From the NCBI GenBank assembly GCA_977862235.1, contig OZ374560.1:744001-808000 (forward strand): DNA of 64,000 bases. Direction: 5' to 3'. The position numbers were made by a program, and so were the translations under genes. The notes beneath the pieces were generated by a model. The model searched no databases. It worked only from the letters and a program-made list of their open reading frames with translations, and was not told where the DNA came from. Of the stretch, positions 37,946 through 48,664 are shown one piece after another. Source of the stretch: Dudresnaya verticillata. Lineage: Eukaryota. Within the stretch, counting starts at the first letter, position 1; each line of letters opens with the position of its first letter.

Positions 37946-40657
37946 ATGCCTACATCTAATGGCGATACAACGCGCCCCGGCTTATCTAGCCGAGGCGCCA
38001 GTCGTACAGGCAGCCTTGCCTCTGTAAGAACGGTAGGCTCCCGCACCCGTGCGGTCGTAACCGCTCTTGCCAACAATCCGGCAACGGAGCAGCTGGGACC
38101 ACCGCCCCAAACGACCGGCGTCCCAGCTCAAGAAGAACCACCTGGCCCTGGTAGGGATCAGGTCCCTGACGGAGAAAATACGGTCCGAACCGTTGGAGAA
38201 GCCCCCGCTGACATCGGGGAGAACGAAGGTCCAGGCCGTAGAATGATGCCGCCGCCCCTGGCGTTAGCCAGTGTCCAAGCTATGGGCGGACGAGCCCAGG
38301 ACGAAGAAACTCCGGCAACTCCGGACGAAGGGTTGCCAATTCGAACGAAGTATCATTCGTCTGAAATCCGCTGCTTCACGGAGCGTGAGATTGGACGAAT
38401 GGTCGAATTAGGCATCGAGAGATCCTTGACGACGAGCGTCGTGGCACTGTTGGAAAGCCAAGCCGATGATACCTTTCTAAAGGTCAAGAGGTACATTGAC
38501 GAGGCATCCGCGCGCCGTGATGACCGCCTCCTGGCGAGGTGTCAACAAGAGATTGAATCTCGAGGTCGACCAGGTCCTCCCAGAGGATTAGACGAGGAAA
38601 GGGTCGAAACCCTGCAGGCGCAAGTGGATTCCCTCGGGGACCAATTGGATACCGTCCACGAGGAACTACATGCACTCAACAAGGTTACAGACCTAACAAG
38701 GACAGAAGCCGTAATGGCTATACAAGACGTTCAACGGAACGTGGACGACACAAGGTGTGTCGAACAAGATCGAGCCATCGAGCTCTTACGCAAAGATCTC
38801 GATGGAGAGAGACGGAAGGTCGCGTTGCTAGAAGCAAAGATGAGGCGACTTAATCGTGAAAGGGACTTACTCCCTGAAGTCGAACGACGACGCTCCCCTG
38901 TGCCTCGAGGCACCAGGGACCGTCGCAAGACGTCTCCGCGACGTGACTCGGGAGGGGAGTCTGGAAATGACGACTTTGGTCGTGAGAGGACGGAACACCC
39001 TCGGTGTGATTGCCGGGCGACGCACGGTCCCAACGTGTGCCGCAGCCGGATTGATTCACGCCAAGACCGGTACTCCAGCCGCAAGGCTGAAGATCAACGC
39101 CGAAGCAATTCCTACCCCGCTCCGAACCACTCGGATGAAGATGAACCCACCTCGCGAGGTCTTTCCCGACCGTCATGGAGCTCTTGGAGAGGCCCACGTC
39201 GGACGGGACTCAAGGAGTTGACTCCACGAAACCCTGCCTTTGTACAGGTTCTTTCGTACCGACGCTATCGGTTGTTGAATGTCGATTCATATCGAGGACC
39301 GGAAGTAACGGAAGCCACTTCCAAGAAGATTAAACGGGTTAAATCCGTAATGAGAAGTCGCCGCTTTGATGGGAGTGACCCAGTTTCCATAATTGGCTTT
39401 CTGGCCACGTTGAAACGACAGTTGGATCAAGCCCAAGTCAGTGAAGGCGCTGCCATTCTGGTTATCCCGGAGTTCTTGGAAAAAGACGCTAAGGACATGT
39501 TCGAAGCCAATTTCGATGCCGCAGGTGACGACAATGGGGGTTTCAATGAGTGGCCGGAAGCCATTAATTACCTCCTGCGTACTTACGCAAAGGACGTCTA
39601 CATCGAGAAGATTTCTTCGGAGATGGACACGATGATTCAGGAGTCTGATGAGGAGGAGGTTACGTTTTCAAGACGTTTGCAGAACAAAGCACGAAAGGTC
39701 GCAGGTGTTTACTCAGAGTAAGACCTGATTACATGTTTTATACGAGGGTTACTACCTGCGGTCAAACCGCTTTTGAGTACGTCATCACTGGACCCTCGCA
39801 CGGCGCGACTGGCAGACTACGTTGAGCTCGCAACGGCTCAGGGAGATTCCCACCGAGCCCTTGTGGGTGGTGGACGCTCCAAGAAGGTGAGCTCAACGCT
39901 ACCCCGGAAAACCCTCTCCAGGGTGAAGACGCACAAGTCTGGACGAGCTCTTCTCATTCGCCAGAATAAGAAGCAGATGTCCTCGGATTCCGATTCATCA
40001 AAGAGCAGTAGCTCTGACGCGGATAGCGAGGACGCTGTGGTGGCCGCCATCGACCACGAGGCGCCTCCATCCACGGTAACCCAATCAGACTCATGGTCTG
40101 GGGCACCCAGTGACCAACCATACTATGGTGAAGTGGAAGCGGTTCTACAGAACTACAACCACCGATTACCTGGATGGGCACAACCAACAAGGACTCAGCG
40201 TCCTGGGTGGGTAACAGTCGAAGATGCACCCAATGACATTTGTTTCGAGTGCTATGGCGTGGGCCACAAGAAACCGAATTGCCCATATCAGGCTCGTACG
40301 GATGAACCGTCATTTGAGGCGCTAAAACGCCGACAGTTTTATCACCTGTCGCGCGAGCAGAAGACATGGTTAGCCACCATAGGGCGCCTACCCGAGTTCG
40401 CAAACGGAGATATCCGTGGGGACCACCGCGACTACGCATCGTCAGGTCGGGCCGGTGGGCCGCCGCCAGGCACGCCTCAAAATTTGGGGTCAACCCCAGG
40501 CAGGAACGGACATGTCCAATTTCAAGCGGGACTTAATCACCCGGTTGACACTCCCAGACACCCACCGGCGGCGCCACGCTCGCCAAGACCAGGGTCACGA
40601 ACCCTTCCGCCGCCTCCACCGCTTCCGCGGTCGCCTGCTAGCAGGGCGAAAAACTAG
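37946..40657 (+). pseudogene. gag: Gag of element D (one in-frame TAA at 39719-39721)
   Basis: Starts MPTSNGDTTRPG as in B; coiled-coil-like region, FDGSDP, knuckle CFECYGVGHKKPNC. Confidence 0.92.
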
Positions 40658-43600
40658 CTAGGGGGGAACCGGTTTCGGTTCACTGGGCAACCCCAGTCGT
40701 ATCGGAACCCCCCGATCGTTCAGAGGAATGTGACTTCTTAAGCTTCTCCTCTACCAACCGATCGGTGTCGCGGGAAACCCCGCCTTCTCTTCCAAAGAAG
40801 ATTTTAGAACGCCCTGTGGGCCTACCTCCCGGGTATAAGTATCATGAGTATGTTAAGGACCCAGTTTGCTCTCTTTCGAGATACAACTATAAAGTTGTCG
40901 CGTCCGTGGGGACTTCTGTTGAGAAACTTACTCAAGTGCTCTCAGTCTTGGACACTGGGGCGGGCCCAAACCTCATCCGAGTCGACGTGCTCTCTGTGGA
41001 AGAACGGAAGAAGATATCTTCGACCCGATCGATCGTGAATTTGACATCCGCGTCAAGTCACCGCTTAACAACTATGGGAATGATCTCCCTGGCCGTCAGA
41101 ATTGGCTCCTACACGGTACGACAACCGTTCGTCGTAGTCAAGGCATTAGCCGTTGATATGATCTTAGGCTGTACCTTTATCGATACCCATGTCGAAGCCT
41201 TGCGCGTACGCAAACAAACCATTGCGCTACGGGACGGCTCGGTACATCCGATTCTACGACGTTGGTGCGGTATCCCGAGAGACACGAACTCTGGCGAGCC
41301 CATGGAGGTCCCTCCCCTACCTAACTCGTGACTCGTGAGAGTTGCCCAAACCACTAACTTACTACCAGGTTCAGAAACCTGGGTCGCCGTCACGTGCACG
41401 GCCAAAGGAACGCACTTCCTAGATTCGTTCCAACGTCTATACGACCGTCAACAAGTGATCATCACGAATGGCATCGTCAAACTCCAAGAGAATGTTCTCT
41501 TCCGGGTCAAGGTTGCCGACTTTTCTTCTCGCACACAGTGGGTGAACAAACACCAAGTGATTGGTCGCGCAGTTCCCCCTCCCACGGCTCCCACGGCCAC
41601 GCCTGTATATTCGGTTTCCATCGATGACGTCTCCGAGGATAAAGTCTCACAACAAAAGGGCACGAATCCTCACACGGAGACATCCTTCGATGTAGGGGGC
41701 AGGGCTGGCTGCTGCTCTTGGCGTGACCAATTCCAAACCGGGCGTTACAACCGCCGCTGAGAAGCTAAAAGTCGATGACTTAGCCCTGGAACACCTCTCT
41801 ACGTCTGAAAGACGTCTCGTGCGCAAGATGTTGCGACCCTTCGCAGATATGTGGAACGGGAAGCTCGGGACCATAAAGGTCACGGAGCATCGCATCGATC
41901 TCACTGACGGGGCAAAACCCGTGTTTGCACAACCATATCGGTCTGGACCGAAGGCGCGACAAGCGGAGCAAGATGAAGTCGACAAGATGTTGAAGGAAGG
42001 TGTCATAGAGCCAGCGCGTTCTGAGCTCGCAAGGCCAGTGGTACTGGTGAAGAAGCCAGACGGATCCCTCCGTTTCTGTGTTAATTACAGAAAGCTTAAC
42101 GCGATAACCATCAAGGATTCTTACCCTCTCCCGCGAATGGACGAGTGCCTAGATTCGTTGGGCGACGCCCAATATTTTACAACCCTTGATTGCAATTCAG
42201 GGTACTGGCAGATACCAGTCGCGGCGGAGGATAAGCCAAAGACCGCTTTTACCTGTCATGCAGGTTGCTTTCAGTTCTGCCGAATGCCATTCGGTCTGTG
42301 CAACGCACCAGCAACGCTTCAACGAACAGTTGACATTTTATTATCGGGATTCCGATGGAAGTCTTGTCTCGTCTACTTGGACGACATCATAGTCTTCTCT
42401 AAGAGTGTCACCGAACACTTAGGTCACGTTCAAGAGATCCTCTCTGTGTTGAAGGAAGCGGGTGTGTCGCTCAAGTTGAAGAAGTGTAATTTCTTCACAG
42501 AAAGCGTGGACTACCTCGGACACGTGATCCGACCTGGTCTCCTGGAGGTAGCTACCAAGAATACACAAGCCATCGAAGGCTTCAAGGAACCTACGACGCA
42601 AACGCAACTACGGTCGTTCATTGGGCTATGCAACGTCTATAGACGTTTCGTACCGAACTTTGCACGCGTAGCGTCTCCGCTTAATAGGCTCCTACAGAAG
42701 GACGTTGGTTTCGAATTACCTCCATTCGATGAACGGCAACGCGAAGCTTTCGCTTTACTGAAGAAAGCCCTCATCGCGCCACCAATACTCCGACTTCCTA
42801 AGGAAGACAGACCCCTCTCGGTCGATACCGACGCGTGTGACTACCAAATAGGGTGCGCCCTAATGGAAATGGAACCCGACGGGACTCGAAACCCTGCTGG
42901 CTTTTGGAGTCGGGGCCTAACACCAGCAGAACGGAATTACTCCGTCGGCGAGAAGGAATGCCTCGCTGTAGTCTGGGCTACCCAAATGCTCAGACCATAT
43001 TTGGAAAGGTCTCATTTCGACCTATACACCGACCATCAGGCTCTCAAATGGATGATGAGCATGACGGACGCGTCCGGACGTCTAGCGCGATGGCGCTTAC
43101 GTCTCTTAGAGTATGACTTCACGGTTCAATACCGTAAGGGAAAGAAAAATCAGATTGCTGACGCTGTCTCACGTTTACCTACCTATGGGTTTACTAAGTG
43201 GGAACCGGATCTCGAGATCCCCTGCTTCATAATCGCTGATAGCGATGGGGGAAATCCCCCTGACCCTTCGGCGAAGGAAATATCGCGAGCCAACACCAGG
43301 TCGCGACCTTTGGAAGAATGGGAAATGGAACCCGAAGACAATTCGTTCGAGTCGGGTCTCGAGGACGAGCAATTGATAGCCAACGTGGCTGAGAAGGAAA
43401 TGGACGAGAATAGTCTTTCACTCCTCACAATAGAGGAACTTCTTCGCGCCCAACGAACAGACGAATTCTGTAAAGGTATCCGATTAGCCATCGAAGCGGG
43501 AAAACCGGGATGTTATCTGGAAGACGAACGCGGACTCCTAGTCCGAAGGTCTTACATTGACCGAGCTTTACATGTAGTCATACCTAGAGTTCTTCAGGAG

Positions 43601-43855
43601 AGAGCCCTTCATCTTGCACACTACCTGGATATGGCGGGCCATCCTGGTGGCACACGGATGTACCACAACTTCAGAAGGCAAGTGTATTGGCCAGACATGG
43701 CCCTTGCCGTTTACTCGACAGTGCGTAACTGTGTCAAGTGCGCGATGGAACGAGTCCAGTTGAGGAAACATACTTCGCACATGAAGTTATTTCCGGCTAC
43801 TATGCCGCTCGAAAAGGTTGATAACTTGGTTTGGTTAGAAGATATGGATAGATGA
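40648..43855 (+). pseudogene. pol: Pol of element D: PR, RT, RNase H and integrase zinc finger only
   Basis: LDTGA, YLDD, DTDA, H..GHPG..CVKC; similarity to B stops after MKLFPATMPLE (about 43813). Confidence 0.93.
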
Positions 43856-44917
43856 ATGGAGATTCAAGATATGGATAGAAGACATGGATAGATGTGGATA
43901 GATGTACAGAAGGTTCAAGACCTGGAATAGATGAGATCAAGGGAAACCTGGACATGGGTAGAACCCTGTAATAATAAGACTTGAGCCAACGCTCACATGT
44001 ATAGAAAGAAATACTACCACCGGTAGGAAGGAAGCCTTATGCCAATATGGTAATTAAGCTATGGGGATAGGCTCCAGCCACTTATGGATTGAAATCCAGC
44101 AGTGAGGATCTGCCCTCATGTTGGACACCTCCACCACGGCAATAATCGTGACGGGAATCCACGAAACCACATTCATCTGCCCTAGCAGAGTTACCATAAC
44201 TTTGTCGCGATTGCGAGGCCGTCGCGGGCGAGGATTACTACCATGGAGGAGTCGTTTCACCATAACGGTGACCTGACGGCCGCAGATGTGGCATAAGCCC
44301 CCTCGTCGACGACGACTAGGGGATGTTAACTACATTCTTCGAAGAAGGACGGTGTGTTGCTCCAGACGCCATAGAGGCGAGTTGATCTACAACTCAGCTA
44401 TGGCTGAAGAACCCCTACATCGGTTGGCGCCAACAAGAGCGTAGCTCTACAGTATGTTTTTGTCTACTGTAGAGTCGCCTCTATCATTGCTGGCAATAAC
44501 TGATTTGGCGAAGCGCCAAGGGAGGCGGATTGACTAACGAATCATAATCGTTTGGCACCACAATCCACGGGGCACTGCCCCGGCACCCCCGGCTCTCGCC
44601 ATCAACTCCCTTGAGGAGTCTGCCGCGCATGTGCACGCGACCCCCTCTCCGAGTGAAGGACCTAGACAAGAAAAGGCGCGACGGCCTTGAGTTAAAGGAA
44701 GTCACTCGACGAACGCCGACGGGGGCTCCTTCAGAGCCTAGTCGCAGAGGAGTGTTAATGAGGGCCCCCTCAGTGGTTGGCTCTACTTACGGAAATCGGC
44801 GTACCGAAGTGACACAAACAACAACAAGTCACTTTACTTCAGCGGATAAGCCGCTCTTGCCCAAGTGTGGCGCATTACGTGGCTCACGAGCCATTAATCG
44901 AAGAAGGACAACTTCGG

Positions 44918-46699
44918 CTAATCCGATAACAGGTCAATAACCTCATCCTCACCCAACGGAGGATTCAGCTTGGGTGCCGAGTGAGATACGACGACACGTC
45001 GCACCTCGCGCACGACGTGACGGCTTTCCCCTCCGCGACGCAGACCACGACCGCGCCGACTCCCCTCTAACTCGCTTAACGCACGGCGACTGGCCGTTGG
45101 CTGGTCCACTTCCATGGCATCAACACCATCGGTCTGGCTGCCCTGTACGAGAGGGGCTACTTCGTCTTCTTCCTTCACGACGAGCTCAGTCTTCACGACG
45201 TCGTCGTCTTGAGGGGTTACGTTGGACTCGCCAACCGTGGGCGAAGGCCCAGTCTCGACATCCGCAGGCTTCTCGCTCTCTTGGCCGGTGCCACTTGGTT
45301 TAACCCCCAGGGAGTCACCCTTAGTACGACTAGCATCGGGCTGGCCCCGAGAATCATCTCGGGGAGAGATCGTGTTGAGAAACTCGCCAGTAGCGACGAA
45401 GCCAGACATGTGCGTCGTAGGAGCAGCCGGCGCCATCGTCGATGATGAGGCGCCCGCTGTATTCATCGGCTTGGGAGCCGAGTGGGAAATGGCCGCTCCA
45501 TGACTGGCCGAAGGCGCCACAGCTGACTCTTCGCGAGGAACCACCGAGGTTTCACCACCTGTCATTGCGCGCGGATCCAAACCATCGACCTTGGCCGATT
45601 CCCTCTTCACTCGCGGCGTAGCAGAATGGCCAACGCCCAAACGCGGTTTGATGTCAACATCATCGGGGTATTCCTTCAAGGGTGGGAGCCTTGACAAATG
45701 GGTACGAAGTTTCTCCAAACGCTCCACAGGACCCGGAGTCCTCATCCAATTGGACTCATAGTCCACCATCACCTCCTCGACCCAGTCGGCGAGGCTGTTA
45801 ACGGTGAGATTCCGTAGTTCCCAATGCACCGCGAGGCGGATAGCCAAACCCCGTTTGTTGAAGACGTCACGCAAGACGTGGTTGGCCTTACCATGGCCAG
45901 TTGATGCCGTCGCGTACGGACCTTGAGAATGACCATCGACAGTGTCGTCGAATGACGGGACGTCACCTGGAGTCTCCGGACCGGGGTCCTGCCAACTGGC
46001 GCTCACCCACCCGTGAGTCACACCGGTAATGCGGTTTCCCTCATCCAAGACCAGGGGTCTCTCCTCTGTCGGCTCAGGCTGAATCAAGAAGTCCGGCAAC
46101 ACCGGATGCCAATCTTCTGGGTCAAAGTCCACCCAATCTCCTCGGTCATATACAGGAGTGAGATGACCGGTGTTCTCCGGGAGATGAAGATTCCGTTTGG
46201 AGATTCGGCTCCACCGAATGCGGTCTATGAAGACCAAAAGGGCCTTCAAGTCCTGTGCGTCCTCGGCGTCCGCCGACAGATTGTCGATACCCATCTCCTT
46301 GATGGCAGCGCGAAGGGGCTGGTTGATGAAATACAGCATCCCATGACGGGCCTCATAGACGAGAGTCTGCGCGACCAAGACGATCCACTCGTGACGAAAA
46401 AGGGTCCAGAGTACGCTATCATCCATGGCTCGCGCCATCATGTTCAGGCCAAAGTAAGCCACGATGGTGGGGGTACCCACTGGCATCGAATATGAGACCT
46501 CATACGACGCGTGGTCGTCGGGCACTTGAGGGTACTTAGCCCTGTAATACTCTGGTTTGATAGCAACCACCTCTTGGCAATGACAAGGGATGAGGCATCC
46601 AGTCTTGTGGCGTTGACGTCGCTCAAAGCGAGAATAAGCCAACGGCTTGGCCGTCTGCGGGTTGTCAAGCGCATACTTGAGGTTGTGGACTCGTCCCAC
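44918..46699 (-). CDS. Antisense additional ORF of element D, unknown function (N-terminus probably continues in the 46444-47754 frame)
   Basis: 593-aa ORF between pol and PPT, homologous to the antisense ORF of A. Confidence 0.85.
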   Translation of the reverse strand: MGRVHNLKYALDNPQTAKPLAYSRFERRQRHKTGCLIPCHCQEVVAIKPEYYRAKYPQVPDDHASYEVSYSMPVGTPTIVAYFGLNMMARAMDDSVLWTLFRHEWIVLVAQTLVYEARHGMLYFINQPLRAAIKEMGIDNLSADAEDAQDLKALLVFIDRIRWSRISKRNLHLPENTGHLTPVYDRGDWVDFDPEDWHPVLPDFLIQPEPTEERPLVLDEGNRITGVTHGWVSASWQDPGPETPGDVPSFDDTVDGHSQGPYATASTGHGKANHVLRDVFNKRGLAIRLAVHWELRNLTVNSLADWVEEVMVDYESNWMRTPGPVERLEKLRTHLSRLPPLKEYPDDVDIKPRLGVGHSATPRVKRESAKVDGLDPRAMTGGETSVVPREESAVAPSASHGAAISHSAPKPMNTAGASSSTMAPAAPTTHMSGFVATGEFLNTISPRDDSRGQPDASRTKGDSLGVKPSGTGQESEKPADVETGPSPTVGESNVTPQDDDVVKTELVVKEEDEVAPLVQGSQTDGVDAMEVDQPTASRRALSELEGSRRGRGLRRGGESRHVVREVRRVVVSHSAPKLNPPLGEDEVIDLLSD

Positions 46700-47955
46700 C
46701 GGACGATGCGAGCTAGCGTATATGGATAGTTATCGCGCCCCTTTCGAATAAGGGGGCGGACATGGCTAACCATGCGCAGGTCCCACTTTCCACTCGAGTG
46801 GATTTCCCGCATCGCCCCCAGCTGGTAGTTCAGCTTCCCGGCGATACAGTTCGTGAAGAACACCTCATGCCTGAATCGCACGTATGCGAGGTCCCAAAGG
46901 TAGCAGGACGCCTCACCCAGCAGACCGGGAACGAGTCGGTTGGTCCCGGTCAACATGTCCACTCGAGCACGGCTGACGCTGTTCCACATACGACTCTGAG
47001 CACCACGACTCCCGCGTCGTTGGATGTCCTCACGACCAGCCCCAGCTCGGGCTTTGATTTGCGCCAAGTCGGTGCGTACCAACCAGTCGCGACTGCGCTT
47101 AATGACAATCGGCACACCCGCCGAGTCGACTTCATGGCCAAGAACGCTGGCGCTAGAGCCAGCCTCTCCATAGACGAGACCCAAGTTGGTCCTCGCTGTG
47201 ACGATGCGAACCCCACGTCGCGAGACGTCTCGAGTTGAACTTTTCAAAATGGGAGCGACCCCAGTTATTCTTCTAAGACACGGAGGCCTTGTCTTCGGTA
47301 TGAACGTCGGCTCCAAAGCCGATCCTAAGAAAGGCGAGCGCGACCTGAAAATACTTCTAAGGCGCGGAGGCCTTCCTGGAAATGCGTCGGCTCCAAAGCC
47401 GATCCTAAGAAAGGCGAGCGCGACCTGAATCACTCGAGCGATGCTTATGGGCGACACGACGCCAGTCGTCGACGCAAACGTTTTGGCTACGAGACAAAGG
47501 AGAAACGCTCCCGCGCGCTGCGCAGCACGGCAGAAAGACGCGCCCGAACACGACGCGCGTCGTCGCGAAGAGGCTAGGGTGAGGAAGGGCGGAAGAATGA
47601 TGAAGGAGGAGGGCAGACTCGCAGGAGTGTTGAGGTTGAGTGTCGAGTCGGGGGATGACCGAGAGTGCGAAAGGGGCACAGTCGGCCCTGCGCCGAGTTT
47701 GAAATAGACGCCCCGTCTGGCGGGTCGCGTTGTCGATACCAGTCGTGGCGCCAAAAGCGAGCCACCGACGACGGCTGTCGCCGGGCTGATCTGGCGCAGG
47801 CGCCGACGACCGTTCGTGGAGGCTTCTAGAAGGCCAGAAATACCGCGCTTGGCTGGGCCAATCCTTTCAACGAGATTTCATATCTCAACGGTCGGAACAG
47901 TTGGAAACAGCATTGCTGTACTGAGCGGGGTCGGTCAGTTTTAAGAAGGGGGCCG

Positions 47956-48580
47956 TGTGGAATAATGAGCGCCCGAGCGCTGTAAGCACACACGTGTACA
48001 GACGACGCCTGTAAGGCGTGAGGCCCCCGAGGGCACGATGGTTGAGATGGCTGATTATCATTGGTTGAATAATCCTGGTCACCCATATTTTTGGCATGGC
48101 GCGCCAGACAGCGGCGCACCTGTACCTCGTAGTGGTACTACCACTCATTCATATCATTGGATTGTAATCCACCATTCAGTGTACAGTATTAGGTAACTGT
48201 CATTATTATAACTCTAACTTAGAGTGGGTAGCATTTACGGCTTCCCGCCGTATTTAATGGGCCCCTGAGTAGCAGGGGCCCCGCACTAAACCGGTAGCGG
48301 TGTGTACTTTGGGCTGTACCCATTTTCTGGTCTTCCTACGGTGCCACCGTGTTTCCCTTGCCTTGGGCGTCTACAAGCCCTATCGTGTACGACGATTGCT
48401 CTACGCTGTAGGGTTCGCCTTCCTTTTTTCTTTGTTTCTGGGTATTACACCCACTACAAGTCTCTACCACCCCCCTTTTCCCTTTTCCTTTGAGCTACCG
48501 CCCACCGTGAGTGTGTGTCCCCAGGACAGCTGTCGCGCCGTTTTATCGCCGACTACCTGGCCAAGGGCCATTCTACTACA
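47956..48580 (+). repeat. 3' LTR of element D
   Basis: Copy of 36887-37511 followed by the TSD. Confidence 0.97.
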
Positions 48581-48664
48581 CCCACCTCATCGTCAAGCTC
48601 CTGGTTCTGTCTCCGCTCCTGTTCCACAAGCTACTTCTCCCGCTGAAATGGACTTGGAAAACTG

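Larger units (their letters stand above)
36887..48580 (+). mobile_element. Ty3/Gypsy element D (relative of B), integrase core and chromodomain deleted
   Basis: 625-bp LTRs, TSD CCCAC (36882-36886 / 48581-48585), PBS 37513-37528, PPT AAGAAGGGGG 47943-47952. Confidence 0.97.
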
